Origin: Chitinophaga pinensis | Lineage (GTDB): Bacteria; Bacteroidota; Bacteroidia; SXHM01 | Direction of reading: 5' to 3' | Assembly (NCBI GenBank): GCA_945889235.1 | Contig: CAMDBK010000001.1 | Span: forward strand, 5,485-69,484 | Length of the DNA: 64,000 nucleotides | Shown here: one piece after another, positions 28,841 through 39,041 of the stretch | Layout of the letters: the number at the start of each line of letters is the position of its first letter | How positions within the stretch are numbered: the first letter of the stretch is position 1 | The notes under the pieces: model-generated | What the model saw: the letters and a program-made list of their open reading frames with translations, nothing else | Told to the model about the DNA's origin: nothing | Databases searched by the model: none | Program-made: the position numbers and the translations under genes

Positions 28841-29737
28841 CTATTTATCTGTTGCGTTGGCCGGATTCAGTAAATCGTAAAACTGATTCAACTTTGGCAG
28901 AATAATAATGCGTGTTCTGCGATTGGTGGCTCTGCCTTCTTCGGTATCGTTGGAAGCAAGTGCATTGAATTCACCGCGACCAGCTGCAATCAAACGGTTG
29001 GGATCAATTTTATAATCTGTTTGTAATACTCGTACTACGGCTGTTGCACGTTTTACGCTTAAATCCCAGTTGTCGGAAACGCAGTTAGTACTGATAGGTT
29101 TGTTGTCGGTATAGCCTTCAATCATTACTTCTAAATCGGGTTTTGTTTCAATGATGGCTGCAATTTTTCCTAACACTTCTTTTGCTTTTGATGTAAGGTT
29201 AGAACTTCCGCTCTGGTAAAGCATTTTATCCGAAAGGTTAATGAATACAACCGTTTTATCCACTTTTATTTCCACATCATTATCATCTAATCCTTCTTTT
29301 AAAACACCTTTCAGATTAATTGCCAAAGCAAGATTTATTGAATCAGCTTTGGTTTTTGCTTCCTGCAAAAAGTGAATGTATTTGTCCTTTGATTCCAACT
29401 GCGCCAGTGTTTGGCTGATATTGTTATTCGCAGCTTGTGTAAGCACTGTTAAATCTCCAACCTGTGTCACAGTTTTATCGCGCTGCGATTTGCAATCGGC
29501 AAGTTGTTCTTTCAGGTCAGTTATCTGTTCCTGTTTATGACTGAGTGCACTACGGGCTTCAATTAAATCGGTTGAATAACGGTTGCGATCATCTTCACAC
29601 TTCATTAATAATTCGTTCGCTTTTTTCAGTTCGCTTTCTTTTTTGGTTTGCAGTTCAAGATATTTTTTTTTGCTTACACAAGAGCTTACAGCTACAGCAA
29701 AAACGAAAAGGACTAAAAGGCGCAGGGTTGATTTCAT
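28841..29737 (-). CDS. OmpA-family protein with N-terminal coiled-coil
   Basis: C-terminal OmpA-like motif TDN.P.S...N..LS..RA..V...L...NRRT.I.I. Confidence 0.65.
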   Translation of the reverse strand: MKSTLRLLVLFVFAVAVSSCVSKKKYLELQTKKESELKKANELLMKCEDDRNRYSTDLIEARSALSHKQEQITDLKEQLADCKSQRDKTVTQVGDLTVLTQAANNNISQTLAQLESKDKYIHFLQEAKTKADSINLALAINLKGVLKEGLDDNDVEIKVDKTVVFINLSDKMLYQSGSSNLTSKAKEVLGKIAAIIETKPDLEVMIEGYTDNKPISTNCVSDNWDLSVKRATAVVRVLQTDYKIDPNRLIAAGRGEFNALASNDTEEGRATNRRTRIIILPKLNQFYDLLNPANATDK

Positions 29738-29787
29738 GTTTTAATATTTTGCACGAAAGTAAAAATTAAATAAATAGTGCTGATGGA

Positions 29788-30894
29788 TTATTGAAATACT
29801 ACTTCCACTCTTCTATTTTTTTGTTTTCCTTCTTCACTCTCGTTTGAGGAAATAGGCTCTGCATCACCCTTGCCATCAAAGGAAAGACGTGAGGCGTTGA
29901 TATTTTTTTGTTTAAGATAATTCAAAACAGTTTCTGCACGATATTTTGAAAGAGTTAGGTTTTCTTCTTTTTCACCAACATTATCGGTATGCCCTGTAAT
30001 GCTTGCTTTTAAATCAGGATTGTTAATAAGATACTCAGCAAGTTCATTCAGTTCCTCAAAAGAAGAAGGAAGTAAATCTGTTTTTCCTGATTCAAAAACA
30101 ATGTTTCTAAAAATATGTGATCTACCTGTTTCATAAACTTTTGGCAATTCTGTGTCAGGAATTTTTTGCTCGACTTTTTGAACTGAACTTGTTTTTTCTT
30201 CTAAAGGAATTAGCGTAAAATCATCAATAAAATAGTGCGCATAATTAGCTTTGCCGGGTATTTCACGGTTGTAGGTTCTTATCTCCGATTCATTTCTTTC
30301 TCGATACACGAATGAACCAAAGGTTAAGAATTTTTCTGTTCCGTCTGCTTCATAAACTGCTTCCAGTTTTTCCCAATCCTTTGAATTGGAATAACCATTT
30401 TCATTTCTGAAAATAACTGAAGGTTTTCCAAGAAGCGGTTCATCGTTAAGCACCAAAATTTCTTTTGCTGTAAAAATGATACAGAACTCTTTCATACTGC
30501 CCAACCATGGTGCATCACCGCAACTGATGTAGATTTCCACTTTATACTTTTTTCCTTTCTCAAGTGGTTTTTTTAATTCTGCCTGAAGATATTCACGATA
30601 GGTTTTGGTGATACAAATTCCGGTATAGGCTTTTCCTGAATGCGGTTGTTGTTTACCGAAATAATTTTTTTCTGTTCCTGCTTTTTTGCTTTTCGAATCA
30701 CTGTGATAATAATCTCCTCCGCCCGCTAAAACCGGAATTGTCCAGTATTCCAAACACTTTTTTCCCTGACCGATATTTGTTGGTAAAGCTTTGTGTTGTT
30801 CAAAATCAGAATTGAGCAAATAATTTTCCTGAGCACACAATTTATTCTGTAAAAAGAAAAACAGAAACAAATAAAAAAACTGTGCGGGTTTCAT
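29788..30894 (-). CDS. OmpA-family protein
   Basis: C-terminal GHTDNVGEKEENLTLSKYRAETVLNYL...NRRVEVVF. Confidence 0.65.
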   Translation of the reverse strand: MKPAQFFYLFLFFFLQNKLCAQENYLLNSDFEQHKALPTNIGQGKKCLEYWTIPVLAGGGDYYHSDSKSKKAGTEKNYFGKQQPHSGKAYTGICITKTYREYLQAELKKPLEKGKKYKVEIYISCGDAPWLGSMKEFCIIFTAKEILVLNDEPLLGKPSVIFRNENGYSNSKDWEKLEAVYEADGTEKFLTFGSFVYRERNESEIRTYNREIPGKANYAHYFIDDFTLIPLEEKTSSVQKVEQKIPDTELPKVYETGRSHIFRNIVFESGKTDLLPSSFEELNELAEYLINNPDLKASITGHTDNVGEKEENLTLSKYRAETVLNYLKQKNINASRLSFDGKGDAEPISSNESEEGKQKNRRVEVVFQ

Positions 30895-30910
30895 TTCTGA
30901 ACTTTTTCTA

Positions 30911-32182
30911 TTACTGAATCATTCCTGCAGCAACAGTTTCATTGGTTCCTTCATCAATAAGAATAAGGCTTCCGGTAATACGGTTGTTTTTATAACTGTC
31001 TTTGAATAACGGCTTGGTTGTGCGCAAACGTGCATGAAAAATATCGTTCATCTTCACGTTTTTATCATCTTCAATTTTCGTGAGTGTGTTGATGTCAATC
31101 TTATAATTTATTTCTTTGATAACAGCACGCGCCTCATTACTTGTATGCTTCAAAAAATATTTTGCTCCCGGTTGTGGTGAACGATTATTGAGCCAGCATA
31201 ACATTGTATCCACGTCTTGTGTACTTTCAGGTTGATTTTCTTTTTTTACAATCATGTCTCCGCGACTAATATCTATTTCATCTTCCAACGTAATAGAAAC
31301 CGACATAGGCGCGAATGCCTCATCCAACGCGCCATCCAGCGTAGCAATGGATTTTATTTTTGAAGTAAATCCTGAAGGCAATGCAACAATTTCATCACCG
31401 GGTTTAAAAATTCCTCCGGCTATTCTTCCTGCATAACCGCGGTAATCGTGGTACTCATCTGTATGCGGACGAATTACATATTGCACAGGGAAACGCGCGT
31501 CCTCATGATTCCAGTCACTGCCGATGTGTACATTTTCTAAGGTGTTTAAAAGTGCTGAACCTTTGAACCAATCCATGTTAGTGGAGCGGTCTACTACATT
31601 ATCGCCATGCAACGCAGAAACAGGGACAAACTCAATATCCTTAACATCTAACGTTGCCGAAAACTTTTTGTAATCGGCAACAATGCGGTTGTAAACTTCT
31701 TCGCTGTAATCCACTAAATCCATTTTGTTTACACACACAATCAAGTGTGGAATTTTCAACAACGAAGCAATAAAAGAATGACGACAGGTTTGCTCAATCA
31801 CCCCTTTGCGTGCATCAATTAAAATCAGCGCAAGGTTGGCGGTTGATGCGCCCGTAATCATGTTGCGGGTGTACTGAATATGTCCGGGTGTATCGGCAAT
31901 AATGAATTTACGTTTGGGTGTTGCGAAGTAGCGATACGCAACATCAATCGTAATTCCCTGCTCACGCTCCGCACGCAAGCCATCTGTTAAAAGTGAAAGA
32001 TCAACATGCTGCAATCCCTTTTTTTCTGAACTCGCTTTTACAGCATCTAACTGGTCTTCAAAAATTGATTTGCTGTCATAAAGTAAACGACCGATTAAAG
32101 TGCTTTTGCCGTCATCAACTGACCCAGCAGTTGTGAAGCGAAGCAATTCCATATTAAGGTAAGAAACTGAATCTGCTTTCAT
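30911..32182 (-). CDS. cysN: Sulfate adenylyltransferase subunit 1 (GTPase)
   Basis: G1 box GSVDDGKST, DTPGH and NKMD boxes. Confidence 0.85.
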   Translation of the reverse strand: MKADSVSYLNMELLRFTTAGSVDDGKSTLIGRLLYDSKSIFEDQLDAVKASSEKKGLQHVDLSLLTDGLRAEREQGITIDVAYRYFATPKRKFIIADTPGHIQYTRNMITGASTANLALILIDARKGVIEQTCRHSFIASLLKIPHLIVCVNKMDLVDYSEEVYNRIVADYKKFSATLDVKDIEFVPVSALHGDNVVDRSTNMDWFKGSALLNTLENVHIGSDWNHEDARFPVQYVIRPHTDEYHDYRGYAGRIAGGIFKPGDEIVALPSGFTSKIKSIATLDGALDEAFAPMSVSITLEDEIDISRGDMIVKKENQPESTQDVDTMLCWLNNRSPQPGAKYFLKHTSNEARAVIKEINYKIDINTLTKIEDDKNVKMNDIFHARLRTTKPLFKDSYKNNRITGSLILIDEGTNETVAAGMIQ

Positions 32183-32514
32183 CTTATTTTTACTTTCTTC
32201 AGCCTTGATATTTTTTTCGGATTCTGGCTGGAATGAAAAACACTCAAAATCTCAACCCTGTTTGTCTTTACACGATAAATTATTTTGTAAGGACGGTAAG
32301 TAAGCTTACGGTATATTTTTGTCTTTGTTGGTAATTCAGAACACTCTTCGTAACGAAAAGGTGAAAAGACAAGAGATTTAGAAAGTTCTACGATTTCTGC
32401 AACAACCTTGTCTGCATTTTTCTGACTACCCTCTTTTATATGCTCATAAATATTTTTGAGGTTTTCTTCAGCATCACGCGACCAAAAAATCTCAAATAAT
32501 TTTTTCTTTACCAC
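32179..32514 (-). CDS. Type II toxin, RelE/ParE family
   Basis: C-terminal KIYRKLTYRPYKIIYRVKTNRVEILSVFHSSQNP pattern. 111 aa. Overlaps the upstream small gene by 7 bp and its stop overlaps the cysN ATG. Confidence 0.65.
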   Translation of the reverse strand: MVKKKLFEIFWSRDAEENLKNIYEHIKEGSQKNADKVVAEIVELSKSLVFSPFRYEECSELPTKTKIYRKLTYRPYKIIYRVKTNRVEILSVFHSSQNPKKISRLKKVKIR

Positions 32515-32732
32515 TTTTTAATGTTTTCCGCTAATTGCTGAACAGAAATGAATCCACTCTTTTCAGACTTTTTTATCATGGAGCGGAAGTCTTTTAAATC
32601 CATTGGTTCGCCTTTTACTGCAAGATTTTTATTCCCTGACTTAATGGATTTAACAGAAAGAAGTTTCTTAGCAACTTCAATCAGCAGATTGGCTTCCTTT
32701 TCGTTGTTTAGAGTGATAGTTATGGTTGTCAT
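32508..32732 (-). CDS. Putative cognate antitoxin (74 aa)
   Basis: Small ORF immediately upstream of the toxin and overlapping it. Basic and helical. Confidence 0.45.
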   Translation of the reverse strand: MTTITITLNNEKEANLLIEVAKKLLSVKSIKSGNKNLAVKGEPMDLKDFRSMIKKSEKSGFISVQQLAENIKKW

Positions 32733-32759
32733 GTTTTTAATTTAGAAAAGCAAATTTAA

Positions 32760-33665
32760 TTAAAAATATCCACTCTTCTTCCTGTCTTCCATTGCTGCTT
32801 CACTTCTGCGGTCATCAATCCTGCTGCCGCGTTCCGTTACTCGTGTGGCTGCAACTTCAGCTACAATTTCTTCCACTGAATTTGCTGTGGATAATACTGC
32901 ACCCGTGCAACTGATATCACCAATGGTGCGGAAACGCACCTGCATTTTTTCTACTTTTTCAGTTGGCTTGAGCGGAATAACATTTGCGTTTGCATAAATT
33001 ACACCATCTCTGACAAAGCACTCACGTTCGTGCGTAAAATACAACGAAGGCATTTCAATTTTTTCGTGAAGAATGTATTGCCACACATCCATCTCAGTCC
33101 AGTTGCTGATAGGAAACACACGAAAATGTTCACCGATATTTTTTCTGCCGTTGAAAATATTCCAGAGTTCTGGACGCTGGTTCTTCGGGTCCCACTGACC
33201 AAATTCATCCCGGTGCGAAAAGAAACGTTCTTTGGCTCTTGCCTTCTCTTCATCTCTGCGTGCACCGCCTATGCAGGCATCAAATTTATATTTTTCAATG
33301 GTGTCTAAAAGAGTAACTGTTTGCAACACATTGCGACTGGCATTGTATCCTTTTTCTTCCGTTACTTTTCCGGTATCAATACTTTCCTGAACCGAGCCAA
33401 CAAGTAATTGTGCTCCGTATTTTTTTGCAAGATTATCACGGTAAACAAGTGTTTCCTCAAAGTTGTGTCCTGTATCAACGTGCAATAATGGAAACGGAAT
33501 ATTGGCAGGAAAAAACGCTTTTCGCGCCAGATGAAAACAAACAATACTGTCTTTGCCACCCGAAAAAAGTAATGCCGGTTTTTCGAACTGTGCCGCCACT
33601 TCACGAATCACAAAAATGGATTCTGCCTCTAATTCTTTTAAGTGTGAAAGCTGATACTGATTCAT
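32760..33665 (-). CDS. cysD: Sulfate adenylyltransferase subunit 2
   Basis: PAPS-reductase-like SGGKDS P-loop (ALLFSGGKDSIV). Confidence 0.85.
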   Translation of the reverse strand: MNQYQLSHLKELEAESIFVIREVAAQFEKPALLFSGGKDSIVCFHLARKAFFPANIPFPLLHVDTGHNFEETLVYRDNLAKKYGAQLLVGSVQESIDTGKVTEEKGYNASRNVLQTVTLLDTIEKYKFDACIGGARRDEEKARAKERFFSHRDEFGQWDPKNQRPELWNIFNGRKNIGEHFRVFPISNWTEMDVWQYILHEKIEMPSLYFTHERECFVRDGVIYANANVIPLKPTEKVEKMQVRFRTIGDISCTGAVLSTANSVEEIVAEVAATRVTERGSRIDDRRSEAAMEDRKKSGYF

Positions 33666-34231
33666 TTCAATTCAATTTTCGGCAAAATAGTTTCAAGAAT
33701 TTGCTGCACACATTCCTGTAAATTCTGCTGGTGTGTGTTCAGTGTTAGTTCAGCATTGACAGGCTTTTCGTAAGGCGAGTCAATTCCTGTAAAATTTTTC
33801 AGTTCTCCTTTTCTTGCTTTTTTATACAAGCCTTTTACATCACGATGCTCACAAACTTCCAACGGACAATTTACAAATACTTCAACAAATTCATTTCCTA
33901 AAAGTTCACGAACAATTTTTCTGTCGTTGGCAAAAGGCGAAATAAACGCAGCAATAACAACGGTTCCCGAATCAGCAAACAGTTTTGCAACCTCACCTGT
34001 TCTGCGGATATTTTCTTTTCGCGCTTCTTCGGTGAACGATAAATCTTTATTCAATCCTGTTCTTAAAATATCACCGTCCAACGTATAGGTGTGAATATTT
34101 TTTGCAAAAAGCTGTTGCTCCAGTTCATTCGCAATGGTTGACTTTCCCGCACCAGAAAGTCCGGTAAGCCATACGGCCAGACCTTTATGTCCTTTTAGTT
34201 TATTGCGTTCCCCTTTGCTTATATTTTTCAT
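33662..34231 (-). CDS. cysC: Adenylyl-sulfate kinase
   Basis: GLSGAGKSTIA Walker A. 189 aa. 4-bp overlap with cysD. Confidence 0.85.
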   Translation of the reverse strand: MKNISKGERNKLKGHKGLAVWLTGLSGAGKSTIANELEQQLFAKNIHTYTLDGDILRTGLNKDLSFTEEARKENIRRTGEVAKLFADSGTVVIAAFISPFANDRKIVRELLGNEFVEVFVNCPLEVCEHRDVKGLYKKARKGELKNFTGIDSPYEKPVNAELTLNTHQQNLQECVQQILETILPKIELK

Positions 34232-34302
34232 AAGAGGTGCAAAAGTATTGAATTATAGGTTTTGATTTCTTTCTTTACATTTACCTTATTAAATCTAAAA
34301 AC

Positions 34303-35865
34303 ATGAAATTAAATTTTACGCTTTTTCTTTTTGGTTTGCCTGCTGCCTGCTTTGCACAAAACCAGGTTCCTGTAATTTCAAATGTTACTACTACCGCTCC
34401 CTTTAATACCGGACAGGTGCTGATTAATTACGATGTTGCCGACAATGAAAATGATAACGTTGACATCAAAGTTGCCTTTTCAAATGACGGAATAAATTAC
34501 ATTGTATCAGCCGGAACAACCAGTGGTGATGTGGGTTTCCAGATTACACCCAGTACAGGAAAACAAATTATCTGGAATTATGACACGCTCACTAACATCG
34601 TAAATTATTCGGTTCGACTGGTTGCTGATGACCGACAAATTCCAAACATACAGGACATTGTTGACCAGGTTGACAGCGTACTGCTGCGCAACGATTTAGA
34701 ATATGTTTCTTCCGATATACGCCATTACCTAGCAAACCCAACACATCTGGAAGAGGTGAAAGACAGTATTCAATCGCGTTTTGAAGATGCAGGGCTTGCC
34801 GTTTACCGTCAGGATTTTGACCGCGCAAATTATCTGGGACAAAATATAATCGGAAAAAAAGCAGGACTTGGAATGGAGGCGCACACCTTTATTATTGATG
34901 CGCATTTCGATACGGTGAGTGATGCACCCGGTGCAGATGATAATGGTTCGGGAGTGGTTGGTTTCTTAGAAGCACTGCGGGTTTTAGCGCCTTATAATTT
35001 TGAGAAAACAATAAAATTTATCGGTTTTGATTTTGAAGAAAGCGTAGGAGTTGCAGGAACTTACGGCAGCGCCATGTACACACAAAGTCAAATTCCAAGC
35101 TGGGAAATAATTGATGGAGTGGCGAATTATGAAATGATTGGCTATTACACCAACGTAGTCAATTCACAACAAATTCCTTTCGGGTTTGCGTTTTTATTTC
35201 CCGACCAATATGCAATAGTTACAGCCGACAGCTCACGCGGAAATTTTTTAATCAATGCAGGTGATACTGAATCTTCTGCCTTTACCGCAGCGTTTGATTC
35301 GTTGTCAGGTATTTATGTTCCGGCACTGAAAGTTACTTCAATTGTATTGCCTAACAACGGTTTGATTTCTGCTGATTTCCGCAGAAGCGACCATGCTAAT
35401 TTCTGGGATTTAGATGTTCCCGCATTGTTGCTTACCGATGGCGCGAACTTCCGCAACCTTGATTACCACACGCCAAACGATACTGTGGGTAATTTGAATT
35501 TTACATTTATGTCTAACATTGTTAAAGGCACTGTTGCAACCATTGCAACACTTGCCGGGCTACAACACAGCTCCTATGTAGATGCAGGAAATATTATTGC
35601 CTCTGTTCCCGAATCAAATTATGTGTGTGATGTTTTGGTTTTCCCAAACCCGGTAAAAAATAAACTGACCATTAAAACAGGTGATTGTTTTATGCAGGGT
35701 TTTAACCTTACAGTGCTTGATGTTCAGGGAAAATTAGTACGGGCAGAAAAAATTTCTGCAGGTTCACAAACCGAAATTTCATTTGAAAAAATTCCTTCAG
35801 GAAATTATTTTGTAGTGATGGAAGATGGCGGGAAGAGAAGTGTAAAGAAGGTGGTGGTGGAGTAA
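34303..35865 (+). CDS. M28-family zinc peptidase with T9SS C-terminal sorting domain
   Basis: HFDTVSDAPGADDNGSG metal-ligand motif. C-terminus VLVFPNPVKNKLTIK...GNYFVVMEDGGKRSVKKVVVE. Confidence 0.7.
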   Translation: MKLNFTLFLFGLPAACFAQNQVPVISNVTTTAPFNTGQVLINYDVADNENDNVDIKVAFSNDGINYIVSAGTTSGDVGFQITPSTGKQIIWNYDTLTNIVNYSVRLVADDRQIPNIQDIVDQVDSVLLRNDLEYVSSDIRHYLANPTHLEEVKDSIQSRFEDAGLAVYRQDFDRANYLGQNIIGKKAGLGMEAHTFIIDAHFDTVSDAPGADDNGSGVVGFLEALRVLAPYNFEKTIKFIGFDFEESVGVAGTYGSAMYTQSQIPSWEIIDGVANYEMIGYYTNVVNSQQIPFGFAFLFPDQYAIVTADSSRGNFLINAGDTESSAFTAAFDSLSGIYVPALKVTSIVLPNNGLISADFRRSDHANFWDLDVPALLLTDGANFRNLDYHTPNDTVGNLNFTFMSNIVKGTVATIATLAGLQHSSYVDAGNIIASVPESNYVCDVLVFPNPVKNKLTIKTGDCFMQGFNLTVLDVQGKLVRAEKISAGSQTEISFEKIPSGNYFVVMEDGGKRSVKKVVVE

Positions 35866-36723
35866 TTATTTCTTCCCTTTAACCAATATCCAAACCCCCA
35901 GCGCTACAAAAGGAATACTGAGAATTTGTCCCATATCAATAGGCAGGTAATCTTCAAAACTTACCTGACGCTCTTTTATAAATTCAACTAAAAAGCGGAA
36001 GGTGAAAATGGAGATGATGCAGAGGGCGAAGTAAAAACCAACGTGTGGACTTGTTTGTTGCTTCTCGACTACGCTCGAAGTGACAGCAAGACCGTTTCGT
36101 TTGTACAACAAAAACATAACAATAAACAAACTGAAATAAAAAATAGCTTCATACAATTGTGCAGGATGGCGGGGTTCCATATCAACCTGTTCAAAAACAA
36201 TTGCCCAGGGTACATCGGTTGGGTAGCCGATAATTTCAGAATTAAAAAAGTTGGCCATGCGTATAAACCCGCAGGCAAGTGGTGTGGCAATGGCTATGCG
36301 GTCTAAAAGCGGGAGCAGGTCTTCTTTGGTTTTCCATTTATAAATTAAGAGTGCCAGCAAAATTCCAAATGCACCGCCATGACTTGCCAATCCGGTATAG
36401 GCTTTAAACACCATTGCTCCGTTTTCATCATACCCAATGGGCAGCAACATTTCAAGCGGATGAAAAAGAAAATAATCGGGTTCATAAAAAAGACAATGCC
36501 CTAGTCGCGCTCCGGCAAATGAACCAATAATAGCATACGTTGCCAGCTGACTTAATTTCTGATACGGAATATGTTCGCGCTTATACAGCCATTCCAGAAA
36601 CTGAAAGGCTGCAATAAATCCACCCACAAACAGCAGCCCGTAATAGCGTACAGGTATCCCGAAAACAGTAAATGCTTCGGGTGAGATGTTCCAGTGGATG
36701 AAGACGGTCATAAGAAGCGGCAA
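35866..36723 (-). CDS. lgt: Prolipoprotein diacylglyceryl transferase
   Basis: Polytopic. GAFGILLALLIY and YPTDVPWAIVF regions resemble the Lgt signature. 285 aa. Confidence 0.65.
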   Translation of the reverse strand: MPLLMTVFIHWNISPEAFTVFGIPVRYYGLLFVGGFIAAFQFLEWLYKREHIPYQKLSQLATYAIIGSFAGARLGHCLFYEPDYFLFHPLEMLLPIGYDENGAMVFKAYTGLASHGGAFGILLALLIYKWKTKEDLLPLLDRIAIATPLACGFIRMANFFNSEIIGYPTDVPWAIVFEQVDMEPRHPAQLYEAIFYFSLFIVMFLLYKRNGLAVTSSVVEKQQTSPHVGFYFALCIISIFTFRFLVEFIKERQVSFEDYLPIDMGQILSIPFVALGVWILVKGKK

Positions 36724-36822
36724 AGTAAAGAGATTTTCTTTGGAGGATGGAATTCCGGCATAAACACATTCTCCTTATATTTGTCTGCCCGTTCCATTCA
36801 GGCGGGTAAAAAAAACAGCGCC

Positions 36823-37044
36823 ATGCTTTATACCATTGACATAAACCAGGAAAATAAAAATTCTCATTTAGTAAAGCTCTTGCTTGAAAACCAGAAATTA
36901 GTGCGGCTGAAAAAATTGAAAGAGAAGGCAACAAAACCCAATAAACTTATGGAAGAACTTGAAAAAGGTTTGCTGGAAGTAAAACTAATGAGCGAAGGAA
37001 AAAAACCAAAACGAAAATTAAAGAAGTTGCTGAATGGCAAATAA
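36823..37044 (+). CDS. Putative antitoxin (73 aa) of RelE/ParE pair
   Basis: Small charged helical ORF overlapping the downstream toxin by 11 bp. Confidence 0.4.
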   Translation: MLYTIDINQENKNSHLVKLLLENQKLVRLKKLKEKATKPNKLMEELEKGLLEVKLMSEGKKPKRKLKKLLNGK

Positions 37045-37372
37045 TGTTTACCACACTTCGTTTTTTGAAAACAGATATAAACGCCTTGCCCGCAAACACA
37101 AAACATTAGAACAAGATCTTAAAGCACTTGAGAAAGATTTAACACTTAATCCTGAACAGGGAAAAAGTTTAGGCGCAAACCTCTACAAAATAAGGCTGGC
37201 AGTTGAAAGTAAAGGGAAAGGGAAGAGCGGAGGGTTCAGAATTATTACCTACCTGATAAAGAAAGCAGCAAATGAAAAGGAAATTTATCTGCTTACCATT
37301 TACGATAAGAGCGAAGAAAGTTCAATAGACAAAAAATTACTCTTGCAGATTGTGAAGAGCTTGTTTAGTTAA
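37034..37372 (+). CDS. Type II toxin, RelE/ParE family
   Basis: GGFRIITYLIKKAANEKEIYLLTIYDKSEESSID pattern. 112 aa. Confidence 0.6.
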   Translation: MANNVYHTSFFENRYKRLARKHKTLEQDLKALEKDLTLNPEQGKSLGANLYKIRLAVESKGKGKSGGFRIITYLIKKAANEKEIYLLTIYDKSEESSIDKKLLLQIVKSLFS

Positions 37373-37448
37373 ATCCTACGCTGCCCTGATTTCTGCTTTT
37401 TTGTTGCTGCTTTTTATTTCTTTGTTTACTTTTAGCACAAAGCCCGTC

Positions 37449-38651
37449 ATGATTAGCAGACTAAAAAAGCTGGTTTCATCGTATGCATTTGTAATTGTTG
37501 TGTACGCTGTATTTGCTGTGGGGGCAAGCGTTATATCGCTGGTATCGGGAACAAAAACCTTTTACGAGGGAGGAAAAGAATACAAGAAGTATAACAACTA
37601 CACCATTTTTGAAAAATCATATCATCACTTTATTGAAGGTAAAGATTTGTATGTGCTTTACCCCGATGAGCACTGGGATTTATATAAATACAGTCCCACC
37701 TTTTCCCTGTGCTTTGGTGTGTTTGCGCTGCTTCCCGATTGGGCAGGATTAAATTTATGGAACCTGCTGAATGCTTTTATTTTAGTACTGGCGGTTTACC
37801 TGCTGCCAAAAATTCCGGATAATAACAAAGTGCTTATTCTTTTTCTTTGCGCCATTGAATTAATGACTTCTATGCAAAGTCAGCAATCAAATGCATTGAT
37901 AGCGGGTTTACTTATTCTTGCTTTTGCCTTGCTGGAAAAAGACAACTATTTTATGGCAGCATTTTTCATTGTTTTTTCGGTGTATATCAAGTTGTTTGGT
38001 CTGGTGGCGTTTGCTCTCTATCTGTTTTATCCGGGTAAACTAAAACTGGCTGCATACACCGCTTTCTGGATGGTTTTTCTTTTTCTGCTGCCTTTGGTAA
38101 CTATAGATTGGCAGCAGTATAAAGTATTGTTGCTTAGCTGGCAACATTTATTGTCAACTGACGAAGCGGTTTCAAATGGCTACTCGGTTATGGGCTGGCT
38201 GCGCTCGTGGTTTGGTTTTCAGGGCAGCAATAGTTGGGTAGTGCTTACCGGAGTGATTTTGTTTTTAGTTCCGCTGGCAAAATTAAGTGCTTACAAAAAT
38301 TACCGGTTCAGGATGCTGGCGCTTTGTTCTGTTCTTTTGTGGATTGTTATTTTTAATCACAAAGCCGAATCGCCTACCTATATAATTGCCATGACAGGGG
38401 TTGCCATCTGGTTTGCGGGCAGCGAAAAAAATTCACTCAACCTGCTGCTGCTTATCTGCGCATTTCTATTAACCAGTTTATCTCCTACCGATTTATTTCC
38501 GCGCTACATACGGCTTGAGTATATACGGCCTTATGCCTTAAAAGCGCTGCCCTGCATAGTAATCTGGGTAAAGGTTATTTATGATATGCTAAGGTTGAAA
38601 ACACAGAATGAAAATAATTTACGCGCTTTAAACGGGAATGTAAATGAATGA
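37449..38651 (+). CDS. Polytopic membrane protein (DUF2029/GT87-like glycosyltransferase candidate)
   Basis: ~11 TM helices, 400 aa. Start set at the ATG at 37449 (MISRLKK). Confidence 0.35.
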   Translation: MISRLKKLVSSYAFVIVVYAVFAVGASVISLVSGTKTFYEGGKEYKKYNNYTIFEKSYHHFIEGKDLYVLYPDEHWDLYKYSPTFSLCFGVFALLPDWAGLNLWNLLNAFILVLAVYLLPKIPDNNKVLILFLCAIELMTSMQSQQSNALIAGLLILAFALLEKDNYFMAAFFIVFSVYIKLFGLVAFALYLFYPGKLKLAAYTAFWMVFLFLLPLVTIDWQQYKVLLLSWQHLLSTDEAVSNGYSVMGWLRSWFGFQGSNSWVVLTGVILFLVPLAKLSAYKNYRFRMLALCSVLLWIVIFNHKAESPTYIIAMTGVAIWFAGSEKNSLNLLLLICAFLLTSLSPTDLFPRYIRLEYIRPYALKALPCIVIWVKVIYDMLRLKTQNENNLRALNGNVNE

Positions 38652-38720
38652 GAGGTAGGAATCTTATTTGTTTTTCTCAGGGATTTTGTTTCTTTTTGTG
38701 GGAAATAAAAACATAAAAAC

Positions 38721-39029
38721 ATGAACAACCTCACACTAAAAAAAGCATTCTACTTTGTTCCTGTTGCAATGCAGGTGTTTTTAACTGTTTTTCTTCTTTC
38801 AGGACAAGCGAAAATACGGGTGGAAGCAGGTAATACTTTATGGGCCTTTATAGTTTATGCCAGTATCGGGTTGTTTTATATTGTAATGTATTGCATTCAC
38901 GTTTCAAAAAACCAGAAAATTGAAAAACAGGAAAAAAAATTGTGGTATGCAGGGATTATTCTTTGTTCAGGTATAGTATCAATTGTGTATTACTTCATGC
39001 ATATTTTTAAAGAAGATAACGCAAAATAA
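38721..39029 (+). CDS. Small 3-TM membrane protein (hypothetical)
   Basis: 102 aa, three hydrophobic helices. In the AT-rich block. Confidence 0.35.
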   Translation: MNNLTLKKAFYFVPVAMQVFLTVFLLSGQAKIRVEAGNTLWAFIVYASIGLFYIVMYCIHVSKNQKIEKQEKKLWYAGIILCSGIVSIVYYFMHIFKEDNAK

Positions 39030-39041
39030 AAAAACCAACAC

